Shown: positions 1 to 9,478 of the stretch, piece after piece
Numbering within the stretch: position 1 is the stretch's first letter
How the letters are laid out: each line of letters begins with the position of its first letter
DNA from: Candidatus Sericytochromatia bacterium
Lineage (GTDB): Bacteria; Cyanobacteriota; Sericytochromatia; S15B-MN24; VGJW01
Reading direction: 5' to 3'
Assembly (NCBI GenBank): GCA_035285865.1
Contig: JAYKHS010000011.1
Location: 64,001-128,000, forward strand
Length of the DNA: 64,000 nt
Made by a program: the position numbers and the translations under genes
Notes under the pieces: model-generated
What the model saw: only the letters and a program-made list of their open reading frames with translations
What the model was told of the DNA's origin: nothing
Database searches by the model: none

Positions 1-311
1 ACGGCCATCCGGAGCGAACGCCCGATGAGCCGCTGGATTTCCTGAGTCCTTCCGGAGACCTTGCCATCACGCTCACGTCCGGAACGATCGTGAGTCGCCC
101 GCGGCAACATGGCATACTCGGCCGTTATCCAGCCCTCGCCGGGGCGCTGCTCTCGGCTCCATGCCGGAACCTTGTCCTGAACCGACGCGTTGCAGAGGAC
201 ACGAGTGTCCCCGAACTCGGCCAGTACCGAACCTTCGGCGTGGCGAATGAAGCCGCGGGTAAACCGGACGTCACGAAGCTGGTCGGGTTGTCTGCCATCG
301 ATTCGGATCAC
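1..311 (-). CDS. rph: Ribonuclease PH, 5' part (runs off the window start; absent from the ORF track)
   Basis: Manual translation from GTG at 311 (GAGGA SD at 316-320): [44 protein letters not shown]...[16 protein letters not shown]...[16 protein letters not shown], the RNase PH signatures. Confidence 0.95.
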   Translation of the reverse strand, partial: MIRIDGRQPDQLRDVRFTRGFIRHAEGSVLAEFGDTRVLCNASVQDKVPAWSREQRPGEGWITAEYAMLPRATHDRSGRERDGKVSGRTQEIQRLIGRSLRMA

Positions 312-438
312 GGTATCCTCCGGCGCACAAGGATAAGCGATACGCCATGGCCGTGCAAACGGCTTGACGATGCGCGAGATGGCGTGGGATACCAAGCGCG
401 CGGTCCCGATGGCGGGCCCGCACGACGAGGAGGTCGTC

Positions 439-2457
439 ATGGATCCCATCCACCCTTCCCTTGCAGATCTGAAGACAGTGGGAGTCGTCGGTGGCGGGGC
501 CATGGGCTCCGGCATCGCCCATGTCTGCGCGGCTGCCGGATTCGAGGTCCTGATCGCGGATGCCTCGGCCGAGATGCGCGAGAAGGGTGTCCAGCATGCA
601 CGTGACCTCTTCGCCCGCAAGGTCAAGAAGGGGCAGATGGATGCCACGGAGGCAGCGCAGGCTGCAAGCCGCATCCGTCCTGCCGAGGGTCTGGAGGCGC
701 TCGCCGGTGCCCAGTTGGTCATCGAGGCCGTCACGGAGCGGCTCGAGGTCAAGCTTGAAGTCTTCCGCACACTGGATGCCCTGTTGCCTCCCGAGGCACT
801 CATCGCTTCCAATACGAGTGCTCTGCCCATACGCAGCCTCGCTGGCGCCACGGGCCGTCCGGGTCAGGTCCTAGGCCTGCACTTCTTCAACCCCGCCCCG
901 GTCATGGCTCTGGTCGAGGTGATCGCCCATCCTGACGTCTCGGATGACACGATGACCAAGGGCATGGCTTTCTGCAAGGCCATCGGCAAGCAAGCCGTGC
1001 GCATCGGGACCGATTCGGCAGGTTTCCTCGTCAACCGCCTCCTGCTCAGCTTCATGAACGAAGCGGTCCACATGCTCGAGGAGCATGGGCCTGACGCGCT
1101 GGAAGCCATCGAAGTCATGACGGCGACGCGCGGATTCCCGATGGGCCCGTTCACGCTGGCCGACCTCGTCGGCATCGAAGTCTGCGTGCACGTCCTCGAT
1201 ACGCTTCAGGAGGCCTTCGGCGATGCCTATCCCCGGAACCGCCTGCTGGACCTGATGGTTGCCTCAGGCCGTTACGGGCAGAAGCGCGGCAAGGGCTTCA
1301 GAGCCTATGACGGCCAGGCGGACGACTGGCTTGCTGACACGCTTGCGGCCCTTCCTGCTCCGGCGCACGCCGGCCCGCTGTCCTTCTCGCGCCTCATGCT
1401 GGCGATGACGGCAGAGGCCGGGCGCATGCTGGACGAGGGCATCGTGGAGGTGGCCGACATCGACCTTGCCATGAAGCTGGGTACTGGCCTCGAGACCGGG
1501 CCCATGGCGTGGATCGACGGGCAGGGCGTGGATGCCGTGATCAAGGAGCTCGAGACGCTTGCCCCACTCGGTCCGCGATTCCGGACTCCGGACTCCCTGA
1601 CACGGGCACTTCGCGAGGGGAGGACGGGCAGAGGGGCCGCGGGCATGCTGCCGCCACCGGTGGTCAAGCCTCCTCGGGAGCTGGTCAAGGTTCGGGTCGA
1701 GGACGGCGTGGCCGTGCTGGGGCTTTGCAACCCTCCGGCGAACGTCCTTTCAACGGCGATGCTGGAAGCCATCGACCGCTCCATCAAGGCTGCAGCAGGC
1801 AACCCTGCCGTGAAGGCGATCGTCCTCGTCGGCCAAGGCAAGCCGGGCTTCTTCGTGGCCGGTGCCGACATCAAGGAGATCGGCCGCCTCGAGGGTACGG
1901 TGGATACCGAGCGCCTGCTTCAGCAGGCCCACGCCATCTTCCAAGGGATCTGGAATGCCCCCGTGCCGGTCATCGCGGCCATCAACGGATGGTGTCTGGG
2001 TGGAGGTCTCGAGCTGGCGCTTTCTTGCCATCTGCGCGTGGCCTCGGCCTCGGCCATGATCGGCCTGCCCGAAGTCACGCTGGGCATCATCCCGGGCTTC
2101 GGGGGAACCCAGCGCCTCGCTCGGCTGGTCGGGGCATCGCGCGCCCTCGAGCTCACGCTCGCCGGCACGCACATCACCGCTGAGGAGGCTGGGCGAATCG
2201 GGCTCGTGAACCGGGTTGTCCCGGAAGAGGAAATCGAGGCAAGTGCCCTGGCGCTGGGCAAGGGCCTTGCTGCACGCGGGCGAGTGGCCCTCGGAGCCAT
2301 CCTCAAGGCCGTCCGCACGGGGCTCGAGCAGCCGTTGGAGGACGGCCTGAGTACGGAGGTGGGACAGTTCGTTCGCGTGATGGACACCCACGACCGCATG
2401 GTCGGAGTCTCGGCGTTCCTGCGCGGTGACAAGAACCCGCGCTTCACGGATCGCTGA
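439..2457 (+). CDS. Bifunctional 3-hydroxyacyl-CoA dehydrogenase (N-terminal) / enoyl-CoA hydratase (C-terminal)
   Basis: [13 protein letters not shown]ossmann motif, [20 protein letters not shown]; crotonase motifs [36 protein letters not shown]. Start at ATG 439 after GAGGAGG. Confidence 0.92.
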   Translation: MDPIHPSLADLKTVGVVGGGAMGSGIAHVCAAAGFEVLIADASAEMREKGVQHARDLFARKVKKGQMDATEAAQAASRIRPAEGLEALAGAQLVIEAVTERLEVKLEVFRTLDALLPPEALIASNTSALPIRSLAGATGRPGQVLGLHFFNPAPVMALVEVIAHPDVSDDTMTKGMAFCKAIGKQAVRIGTDSAGFLVNRLLLSFMNEAVHMLEEHGPDALEAIEVMTATRGFPMGPFTLADLVGIEVCVHVLDTLQEAFGDAYPRNRLLDLMVASGRYGQKRGKGFRAYDGQADDWLADTLAALPAPAHAGPLSFSRLMLAMTAEAGRMLDEGIVEVADIDLAMKLGTGLETGPMAWIDGQGVDAVIKELETLAPLGPRFRTPDSLTRALREGRTGRGAAGMLPPPVVKPPRELVKVRVEDGVAVLGLCNPPANVLSTAMLEAIDRSIKAAAGNPAVKAIVLVGQGKPGFFVAGADIKEIGRLEGTVDTERLLQQAHAIFQGIWNAPVPVIAAINGWCLGGGLELALSCHLRVASASAMIGLPEVTLGIIPGFGGTQRLARLVGASRALELTLAGTHITAEEAGRIGLVNRVVPEEEIEASALALGKGLAARGRVALGAILKAVRTGLEQPLEDGLSTEVGQFVRVMDTHDRMVGVSAFLRGDKNPRFTDR

Positions 2458-2464
2458 CCCGTGT

Positions 2465-2509
2465 CTTAACCTCATGTTGACGCAAGCTTGAGGCCATCAA
2501 AGCCGACAA
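2465..2509 (+). promoter_or_regulatory. Three 11-bp-period repeats (CTTAACCT/GTTGACGC/CTTGAGGC) followed by GCCGACAA (sigma28-like -10)
   Basis: Read directly in the intergenic region upstream of the phosphatase; similar elements at 23352-23406, 31360-31403 and 61990-62033. Confidence 0.55.
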
Positions 2510-2537
2510 GATCAGCGTGAACGAGAGGGAGTCGACC

Positions 2538-3248
2538 ATGAAGCCGTTTCGCGAGGCCCTGATGGTAACCTTGGCCACCACCCTGCTGGGGTGCGGTCAG
2601 GCACAGATGCCGTCGCTGGCGGCGCGGTCGGCCGCACAGCCCCAGGGCATGGCCACCATGTCCGCTGCGCGCCAGCAGGAACTGGCGCGACTCGACTCCG
2701 AAGAACTCACGGACAGCCCCCTAGGTGAAGTCCACGCCGACAGCCTGTGGCCCTCGCCACCGCCCGACGACCTCGGCAACGTCGGTGAAGTCGACGCTCA
2801 CCTGCTTCGCGGAGCCCGACCGACCGCCAGGGGCGTCCAGATGCTCAAGGAGCGTGGCGTGACCCACGTCATCTCCCTCGAAAATGCCAAGAAGGTCGTG
2901 GCTGCGGAAAAAGCCATGGTCGAGGGCGCCGGCATGCGCTTCACCAGCCTGCCGATGGGCCTGTTCATCCCGCCCGGCGAGGCCAAGGTGGACCGTTTCC
3001 TCGGCATGGTCCGACACGCCGACGGCGGCAAGACTTACTTCCATTGCATGCAGGGTCGGGACCGGACCGGCACGATGGCGTTGGCCTATCGGGTCCGCAT
3101 GCAGGGCTGGAGCTTCGACAAGGCGTACGCCGAGATGAAGCAGTTCGGCTTCCACACGTACTTGCTGGGCCTGAACGGCTTCGTGCGCTGGTACGGCAAC
3201 AAGTACGACCACTCGGACGTCGACGGGGCGATGCTTCCCGCCCTCTAG
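2538..3248 (+). CDS. Lipoprotein with a protein-tyrosine / dual-specificity phosphatase (CX5R) domain
   Basis: Lipobox LLGC after a short signal; catalytic loop HCMQGRDRTG; LLRGARP and VISLE motifs of small DSP-type phosphatases. Confidence 0.88.
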   Translation: MKPFREALMVTLATTLLGCGQAQMPSLAARSAAQPQGMATMSAARQQELARLDSEELTDSPLGEVHADSLWPSPPPDDLGNVGEVDAHLLRGARPTARGVQMLKERGVTHVISLENAKKVVAAEKAMVEGAGMRFTSLPMGLFIPPGEAKVDRFLGMVRHADGGKTYFHCMQGRDRTGTMALAYRVRMQGWSFDKAYAEMKQFGFHTYLLGLNGFVRWYGNKYDHSDVDGAMLPAL

Positions 3249-3258
3249 TCCACCGGGC

Positions 3259-3639
3259 TCAGGCGTACATGTCGATCTGACGGCCCAGGGGAGACTGCTG
3301 TTCTTCCTTGGGCAGTCTCGCGCGCAACAGTTCCGTGGCGGGTGCGGAGAGCGACACCAGGTAAGCCGGACCGGGGTCCGGGAGCCGACGACTGCGCGCT
3401 TCGCGTTCCTCATCGGCGACGATGCGGGCTTCCTCTGCCCTGCGCACCGCCTCGACCTCGCGCCGCTCGCGCAGACGAACCACGAGGCGCTCCCGGTCCT
3501 CGGCCTCAAGCCTGTCACGAACCTCCAGCTTGCGGGCTTCATCGCGCCGGGCCTGTGGCGTGCCGTAGCGCGGCTGGCTCTGTGCCTGCCACTGTGGCGG
3601 CACGACGGGCTCTTGCGAGCGCTCCACCCTTGCTTGCAT
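3259..3639 (-). CDS. Hypothetical charged coiled-coil protein ending in GRQIDMYA
   Basis: GGGGAG SD before ATG 3639; Arg/Glu-rich helix; C-terminal G-x-x-I-D-x-Y-A motif. The longer track start overlaps alaS. Confidence 0.6.
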   Translation of the reverse strand: MQARVERSQEPVVPPQWQAQSQPRYGTPQARRDEARKLEVRDRLEAEDRERLVVRLRERREVEAVRRAEEARIVADEEREARSRRLPDPGPAYLVSLSAPATELLRARLPKEEQQSPLGRQIDMYA

Positions 3640-3733
3640 CCGCGATGCTCCCCAGGTCATGGTACCCCGAAACCTGATCGGTTGGTCATCCCTGCTCTGG
3701 TACCATGCTAGGCCAGTACGGGAGGACAGCCCC

Positions 3734-6322
3734 ATGGCCCTGGCAGCAGCCGAGATCCGCAAGCGGTTCATCGCCTACTTCGAGGCACGTACGCATCGCA
3801 CGATGCCCAGTTCCTCCCTGGTGCCCCACAAGGATCCGACAGTCCTGCTGACGACTGCCGGCATGATGCCCTTCAAACCCTACTTCATGGGCCTCGAGAC
3901 GCCTCCGGCCACGCGCCTGACCTCCATCCAGAAGTGTTTCCGGACCACGGATCTCGACCAAGTGGGACGCACCGCCCGGCATCACACGTTCTTCGAGATG
4001 CTGGGCAACTTCAGTTTCGGCGATTACTTCAAGGCGGAGGTCATCCCGTGGGCCTGGGCCTTCCTGACCGAGGAGCTTGGCCTGCCCCGGGAACGCCTGT
4101 GGGTCACGGTCTACAAGGACGATGACGAGGCCGAATCCATATGGCACAAGACGTGTGGCATCCCGATGGAGCGGATTGTCAGGCTGGGAGACGACACGAA
4201 CTTCTGGGCTGCAGGCCCGACCGGACCGTGCGGACCGTGCTCGGAAATCTACTACGACCACGAGCCGGACCAACCGGCCTCGGCCGAGCGGTTCGAGGAG
4301 GATAGCGATCGAGGGCGCTTCCTCGAGGTCTGGAATCTTGTCTTCATGCAGTACGAGCGCCTGGCGGACGGCACCATGCGCGATCTGCCCGCGCGCAACA
4401 TCGACACCGGCATGGGCCTCGAGCGCATCGCCAGTGTCCTGCAGGGCGTGTCGAGCAACTACGAGACCGACCTGCTCATGCCGCTGATGCAAGCCGTCGC
4501 CGAGCGTGCCGGCAGGCCCGTCGACCTCACCGGCGAAACGGGAGTCGCTTTCCGCCGCATTGCCGACCACGCGCGCGCCAGCACCTTCCTGGTGGCCGAT
4601 GGCGTCGTTCCGGGCAACGAGGGCCGAGGCTACGTCCTGCGGCGCATCCTGCGCAGGGCCATCCGGCACGGACGCCAGTTGGGCATCACGGGCGCCTTCG
4701 TGCGGGACCTCGCCATCCGGGTGATTTCTGCCTATGGCCATCACTACGGCGAGCTGGTCGAAAAGCAGGCGACCATCCTGGAAGTTCTCGAGGCCGAGGA
4801 GGCGCGGTTCGGTACAACCCTCGACCGCGGGCTGCTGCTGTTCGAAAAGGCCATCGGACGGCTTGAGGGTTCGACTCTGTCCGGCGCAACGGCCTTCGAG
4901 CTTTTCGACACCTATGGATTCCCTGTCGAGCTCACGGCGGAGCTCGCTGCGGAGCGTGGCCTCGAAGTCGATCGTGCAGGTTTCGATGCCGCCATGGACG
5001 AGCAGCGCCAGCGTGCGCGTGATGCCCACGCCAAGGCCGGCATCACCTATGGTGGCTTGGCCATCGGCCAGCATCCTCCTACGCAGTTCGTCGGGTACGA
5101 CGCCACCGAGACCCGCGCACGTGTCCTCGAGATCGTGGAAGGCGACAGCGGCGCCATCATCGTGCTCGACCGCAGCCCGTTCTATGCCGAGGGCGGCGGG
5201 CAGGTCGGCGACCAGGGCACCCTGGCCGGCTTGCGCGTCGTCGACACCCAGAAACAGGGCGACGTCCACGTGCACCATGTCGCGGCAACCGAAGGGCTGC
5301 CCGGAGTCGGCGACGTCGTTGACGCGGTGGTGGATGACGCACGGCGCAAGGCCACCATGCGCCACCATACGGCCACCCACCTGCTGCATGCGGGTCTGCA
5401 CGCCGTTCTGGGGCCCACGGCGACCCAGGCAGGCTCCTACGTCGGTCCGGACGAGCTCCGTTTCGACTTCCAGTGGAGCCGCGCGATGACGGCAGAGGAA
5501 GTCATGGCAGTCGAAGACTGGGTCAATCAGGCCATCCTGACGGCAAGTCGGGTCAACCGTGCGGAGATGTCGATGGCGGAGGCCCGCGCCAAGGGAGCCG
5601 TGGCGATGTTCGGCGAGAAGTACGGTGAACAGGTCCGAGTGATCGAGGTACCTGGCCTCTCCACGGAGCTCTGCGGCGGAACGCACGCCACCTCGACCGG
5701 GGAAATCGGCTACCTCAAGATCACCGAGGAAAAGGGAATTGCTGCGGGAGTTCGTCGCATCCGAGCCGTGGCAGGCATGGCAGCCGTCCATTGGGTGCGC
5801 CAGCAGGCAGAGGTCGTCGACATCCTGCGCGACGGCTTCAAGGTATCCGTCGAGGCCCTGCCGGAGCGTGTCCAGAAGCTGCGCGATCAGGTCCGTGCCG
5901 CCGAAGATGCGGCGCAGGATCTGCGCGCCCAACTTGCCGTGAGTCGAGCATCCAGCCTCGCCTCGGACTTTGTCGAGGTCGCGGGCCTGCAGGTACTGGC
6001 TGCGAGGCTGGACGGTTGTGACGGAGCCGCACTCAGGACCTCGGCCATTGACCTTGGCAAGGGCGGACAGCCGCGGGTCGTGCTACTGGCCGGCGTATCC
6101 GCGGACCGGATACAGGCCGTGCTCGTGGCCAACTCCGAAGCCGTGGCACGGGGTGTGCACGCCGGGCAGTTGCTTGGTCAGGTTCTCACGCCCATCGGGG
6201 GCAAGGGCGGAGGCAAGCCCGATGCGGCACAGGGAGGCGGCGGAGACGCCGGTCTGCTGGAAGAGGCTCTGGCGAACTTCGGGACGCTGCTCGCCGGTCG
6301 TCTGGCACCGGCAGGAGCCTGA
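3734..6322 (+). CDS. alaS: Alanine--tRNA ligase
   Basis: AGMMPFKPYF, RHHTFFEMLGNFSFGDYFK, IDTGMGLER, editing motifs HTATHLLH and ELCGGTH, C-Ala GGKGGG; GGAGG SD at 3721. Confidence 0.99.
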   Translation: MALAAAEIRKRFIAYFEARTHRTMPSSSLVPHKDPTVLLTTAGMMPFKPYFMGLETPPATRLTSIQKCFRTTDLDQVGRTARHHTFFEMLGNFSFGDYFKAEVIPWAWAFLTEELGLPRERLWVTVYKDDDEAESIWHKTCGIPMERIVRLGDDTNFWAAGPTGPCGPCSEIYYDHEPDQPASAERFEEDSDRGRFLEVWNLVFMQYERLADGTMRDLPARNIDTGMGLERIASVLQGVSSNYETDLLMPLMQAVAERAGRPVDLTGETGVAFRRIADHARASTFLVADGVVPGNEGRGYVLRRILRRAIRHGRQLGITGAFVRDLAIRVISAYGHHYGELVEKQATILEVLEAEEARFGTTLDRGLLLFEKAIGRLEGSTLSGATAFELFDTYGFPVELTAELAAERGLEVDRAGFDAAMDEQRQRARDAHAKAGITYGGLAIGQHPPTQFVGYDATETRARVLEIVEGDSGAIIVLDRSPFYAEGGGQVGDQGTLAGLRVVDTQKQGDVHVHHVAATEGLPGVGDVVDAVVDDARRKATMRHHTATHLLHAGLHAVLGPTATQAGSYVGPDELRFDFQWSRAMTAEEVMAVEDWVNQAILTASRVNRAEMSMAEARAKGAVAMFGEKYGEQVRVIEVPGLSTELCGGTHATSTGEIGYLKITEEKGIAAGVRRIRAVAGMAAVHWVRQQAEVVDILRDGFKVSVEALPERVQKLRDQVRAAEDAAQDLRAQLAVSRASSLASDFVEVAGLQVLAARLDGCDGAALRTSAIDLGKGGQPRVVLLAGVSADRIQAVLVANSEAVARGVHAGQLLGQVLTPIGGKGGGKPDAAQGGGGDAGLLEEALANFGTLLAGRLAPAGA

Positions 6323-6328
6323 ACCGGG

Positions 6329-6372
6329 GAGCGGGGGGCCGACCTTGCGCGCGCAAGGTCGGCCCCCCGCTC
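6329..6372. terminator. Perfect 44-bp palindrome between convergent alaS and hppD (probable bidirectional terminator)
   Basis: GAGCGGGGGGCCGACCTTGCGC (6329-6350) is followed immediately by its exact reverse complement (6351-6372). Confidence 0.75.
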
Positions 6373-6376
6373 GTCG

Positions 6377-7504
6377 TCAGAGATTGCCGCGAGCTGCCTG
6401 ATCCCGCTCGATCGATTCGAACAGTGCCTTGAAATTTCCCTTGCCAAAGGAAGTGGATCCGCGGCGTTGGATGATTTCGAAGAACAGGGTCGGGCGGTCC
6501 TCGACAGGCTTCGTGAAGAGTTGCAGCATGTAGCCCTTGTCGTCGCGATCCACCAGGATGCCCAACGCCTTGAGCGCTTCGATGTCCTCTACGACCCCGG
6601 GCAGGCGATCGGCGATGGTGTCGTAGTAGCTGTCGGGCGTGTACTGGAAGGCCACGCCATTGGCGCGCAACGTCCTGACCGTGTGGACGATGTCATCCGT
6701 GGCCAACGCGATGTGCTGGACCCCCGGACCACCGTAGTAGTCCAGGTATTCCTGAATCTGGGAACGGCGCCGCCCTTCGGCAGGCTCGTTGATGGGCATC
6801 TTGATGCGTTCGTTGTGGTTGGCCACCACGACGGAACGCAAGGCCGAGAATTCGGTCGAGATATCCTTGTCGTCGAAATTGGCAAAGAAGCGGAAGCCGA
6901 AGACCCGCTCATAGTGCTGCTGCCACTCCACCATCCGACCATCCTCGACGTTGGTCACAACATGATCGACGTACTTCAGTCCGGCATCGGACAGGCCAAG
7001 CCCCTCGGCCGCCTGGAAACCGGGCAGGAAGGGCCCGGAGTAGGCAGAGCGCTCGACGAAGGTATGCAAGGTATCTCCCGCTGCTGCAATCGTCGCCACG
7101 ACGACCTCGCCGTTGCCGTCCGACAACACCTCAGGGTCGCGAACCGCGACGGCCCCCCTGCCGACGGCGGCAGCGAAGGATTGGCGAGCATCCGTCACCC
7201 AGAGCGCGACATCACGCACCCCATCGCCATGGAGCGCCTGATGCCGCACGACCGGATGATCGGGTGCAAGTCCGGTCGTCAGGACAAAGCGAATCTTGCC
7301 CTGCTGCAGGACATAGGAGGCCCGATCCCGCAAGCCGGTTTCCGGACCAGCATAAGCCACCAGCGAGAATCCGAAGGCTCGCTGATAGTAGTAGGCTGCC
7401 TGGCGGGCGTTGCCTACCCAGAACTCGATGTGGTCGGTACCGAGGATCTCGATGTCCGGCACGCGGTGGATGTCCACAGGCGCCACGTTTGCAGTCATGT
7501 CCAT
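6377..7504 (-). CDS. hppD: 4-hydroxyphenylpyruvate dioxygenase
   Basis: DHIEFWVGNA, HGDGVRDVAL, DHVVTNV, SQIQEYLDYYGGPGVQHIAL, FFEIIQRRGSTSFGKGNFKALFESIE. Confidence 0.97.
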   Translation of the reverse strand: MDMTANVAPVDIHRVPDIEILGTDHIEFWVGNARQAAYYYQRAFGFSLVAYAGPETGLRDRASYVLQQGKIRFVLTTGLAPDHPVVRHQALHGDGVRDVALWVTDARQSFAAAVGRGAVAVRDPEVLSDGNGEVVVATIAAAGDTLHTFVERSAYSGPFLPGFQAAEGLGLSDAGLKYVDHVVTNVEDGRMVEWQQHYERVFGFRFFANFDDKDISTEFSALRSVVVANHNERIKMPINEPAEGRRRSQIQEYLDYYGGPGVQHIALATDDIVHTVRTLRANGVAFQYTPDSYYDTIADRLPGVVEDIEALKALGILVDRDDKGYMLQLFTKPVEDRPTLFFEIIQRRGSTSFGKGNFKALFESIERDQAARGNL

Positions 7505-7594
7505 GGCCAGATCGTGGCATGCTCCGCAGGTCGAGGCAAGGCGAGAGCCAGCCCGAGCGGGTATGGATGCCAACATGTGGAGGTTTCTGGAAGC

Positions 7595-9472
7595 ATGACC
7601 CGACCCAAGCTTCGTCGCATCGCCGGCACCATGCTGGCAGTCAGTCTGATGGCCGCTGGCTGGGCCCGACCAGCCGATGCTTGCGGGGGATTCTTCTGTC
7701 GGACGCAACCGGTGGATCAGGCGGGCGAGAAGATTCTCTTCGTGACGGATGGAGAGCATGTGGATGCCACCATCCAGATCCAGTTCACGGGCCAGGCCAA
7801 GGACTTTTCATGGGTCGTGCCGCTGGCCCGCAGGCCACTGGCCTACGGCGTGAGTTCGGATGAGGTCTTCAGCCTGCTGGGGCGCAACACGATGCCGCGT
7901 TACCAACTTGATTGGCAGAAGCCTGAGGGCAACTGCCCCATCATGATGAATGACGCCGTGCGCGCCGAGGCGGGCGCCGTGCCCTTCGCGTCATCCCCCG
8001 GCGGCTCGGCCGTCACGGTCGTCGAAAAGGGCATCGTGGGGAACTACGACTTCACGCTGCTCGCCTCGAGCGACGCCGCCGAACTGGAGACGTGGCTCAA
8101 GGACAATGGCTACAACGTCCCGGCCGACTTTGACGAGAAAGCCCGGACCTACATCGATGGGAAGTTCGTGTTCCTTGCCCTCAAATTGCTCGAGGGCAAG
8201 ACCACCGGAGACCTGCAGCCCATCCGCCTGAAGCTCGACGAGCAGAACCCCTGCGTGCCGATTCGCCTGACGGCCATTGCCGCGCGCCCGGACATGCCGA
8301 TCATCCTGTATGCCTTCGGCTCTGGTCGGGCCATTCCACGAAACTATCGGCACGTCCGCCTGAACGAGAGCCTGCTGGATTGGGTCGGGGCCTCTCCCCA
8401 ATTCGGCGGATTCTTCCCCGGCGGTTCCCCGAGCCTGCCGACACCCAACTACAACGAGGTCGTCAACAAGTCCATGAACGAGTCCGGCGGCCGAGGCTTC
8501 GTCACCGAGCTCGCCACGGGAAGCGCTGACCTCGTGGGCATCCTTGCGAACAGAGCGACAGCCTATCGGCCCGCAGACATCGCGGCGGCCAAGACGGCTC
8601 GAGCAGCCATCGAGGCCGTGCAGGCCCAAGGCTACCCTGTCGGAATCGCGCTGCAGGCCATCGTCGACAGGCACCTGCCGCCCCAGGCTGCCAGCGAGGC
8701 CTGGACCCTGCTCAATGGCCGGTCGTTCATCGGACCGGTGCCGACTGAGCCGGACGGCCTCAATCCGGGGCTGGACGCCGCCACCCTCGATGTCGCTTCC
8801 TTCTCTGCGGACATCGACGCCATGTTCGCCAAGCCCATGCGGGAGGCTGCCGAGCTGGCCGGTCGAGCACCGTGGGTCACCCGGCTGTACACGACCATGT
8901 CTGCGGACGAGATGACCGAGGACCCGATCTTCGGTTTCAATCCCCGCCTGCCACAAGTCAGCAATGTCCACCAAGCAGAGGCCACCCCGATCTGCACGGA
9001 TGGTCTGTACACCGTTCGGATCAAGCTCGAGGACGGGACGGTCTTCACGGCCCGTCAGGGCAGCCTGCCGCCGATCGCGGAAATCCCGGCGGCAGCAGTC
9101 ATCGAGATGCTCGATGAGGATGCTGCGACCCCGACGCTGGTCTCCGACCGCGGGCCCGTCATCCGGGCAGCCTTGGCTGATTGGCAAGCTGGCAAGCCCA
9201 TCGGTACCACCGTGGCCGAGCCCATCACTTCGGCCACGATGCCGGCAGGTTCCGGTGCGGGAGGTTCGGCCCCGGCATCTGCAACATCCGGCGCTTCGTC
9301 GGACACGGCGAAGCCCGCTGTCGCAGCCGTACCGGGCTGCGCCTGCACCAACCCTGTCCGGACGGCGGTGGACACGACGCAAGCTGACCGGGAGGGTGCC
9401 TTCTGGGGCTTGTCCTTCGGAATCGTGGCCGCCGTGCGCCTTCGGCGTGCGCGCCGCCGGCGTCGGGACTGA
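7595..9472 (+). CDS. DUF2330-like secreted protein with a C-terminal Cys + TM + poly-Arg tail
   Basis: Signal peptide then ACGGFFC...VDQAGEKILF, FSWVVPL, WLKDNGY, FLALKL, PIRLTAIAA, TRLYTTMSADEMTEDP. The first 376 aa of track ORF 6467 are the antisense shadow of hppD. Confidence 0.85.
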   Translation: MTRPKLRRIAGTMLAVSLMAAGWARPADACGGFFCRTQPVDQAGEKILFVTDGEHVDATIQIQFTGQAKDFSWVVPLARRPLAYGVSSDEVFSLLGRNTMPRYQLDWQKPEGNCPIMMNDAVRAEAGAVPFASSPGGSAVTVVEKGIVGNYDFTLLASSDAAELETWLKDNGYNVPADFDEKARTYIDGKFVFLALKLLEGKTTGDLQPIRLKLDEQNPCVPIRLTAIAARPDMPIILYAFGSGRAIPRNYRHVRLNESLLDWVGASPQFGGFFPGGSPSLPTPNYNEVVNKSMNESGGRGFVTELATGSADLVGILANRATAYRPADIAAAKTARAAIEAVQAQGYPVGIALQAIVDRHLPPQAASEAWTLLNGRSFIGPVPTEPDGLNPGLDAATLDVASFSADIDAMFAKPMREAAELAGRAPWVTRLYTTMSADEMTEDPIFGFNPRLPQVSNVHQAEATPICTDGLYTVRIKLEDGTVFTARQGSLPPIAEIPAAAVIEMLDEDAATPTLVSDRGPVIRAALADWQAGKPIGTTVAEPITSATMPAGSGAGGSAPASATSGASSDTAKPAVAAVPGCACTNPVRTAVDTTQADREGAFWGLSFGIVAAVRLRRARRRRRD

Positions 9473-9478
9473 CGCCAG

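Noticed and set aside
3686..5932. Long antisense ORFs (this one, 46465-48156, 18301-19809, 44566-45822 and similar)
   Set aside because: Expected stop-poor shadows of high-GC3 genes; no motifs recognised.
6467..7594. N-terminal 376 aa of the 1001-aa ORF
   Set aside because: Antisense to hppD; the signal peptide and SD indicate a start at 7595.
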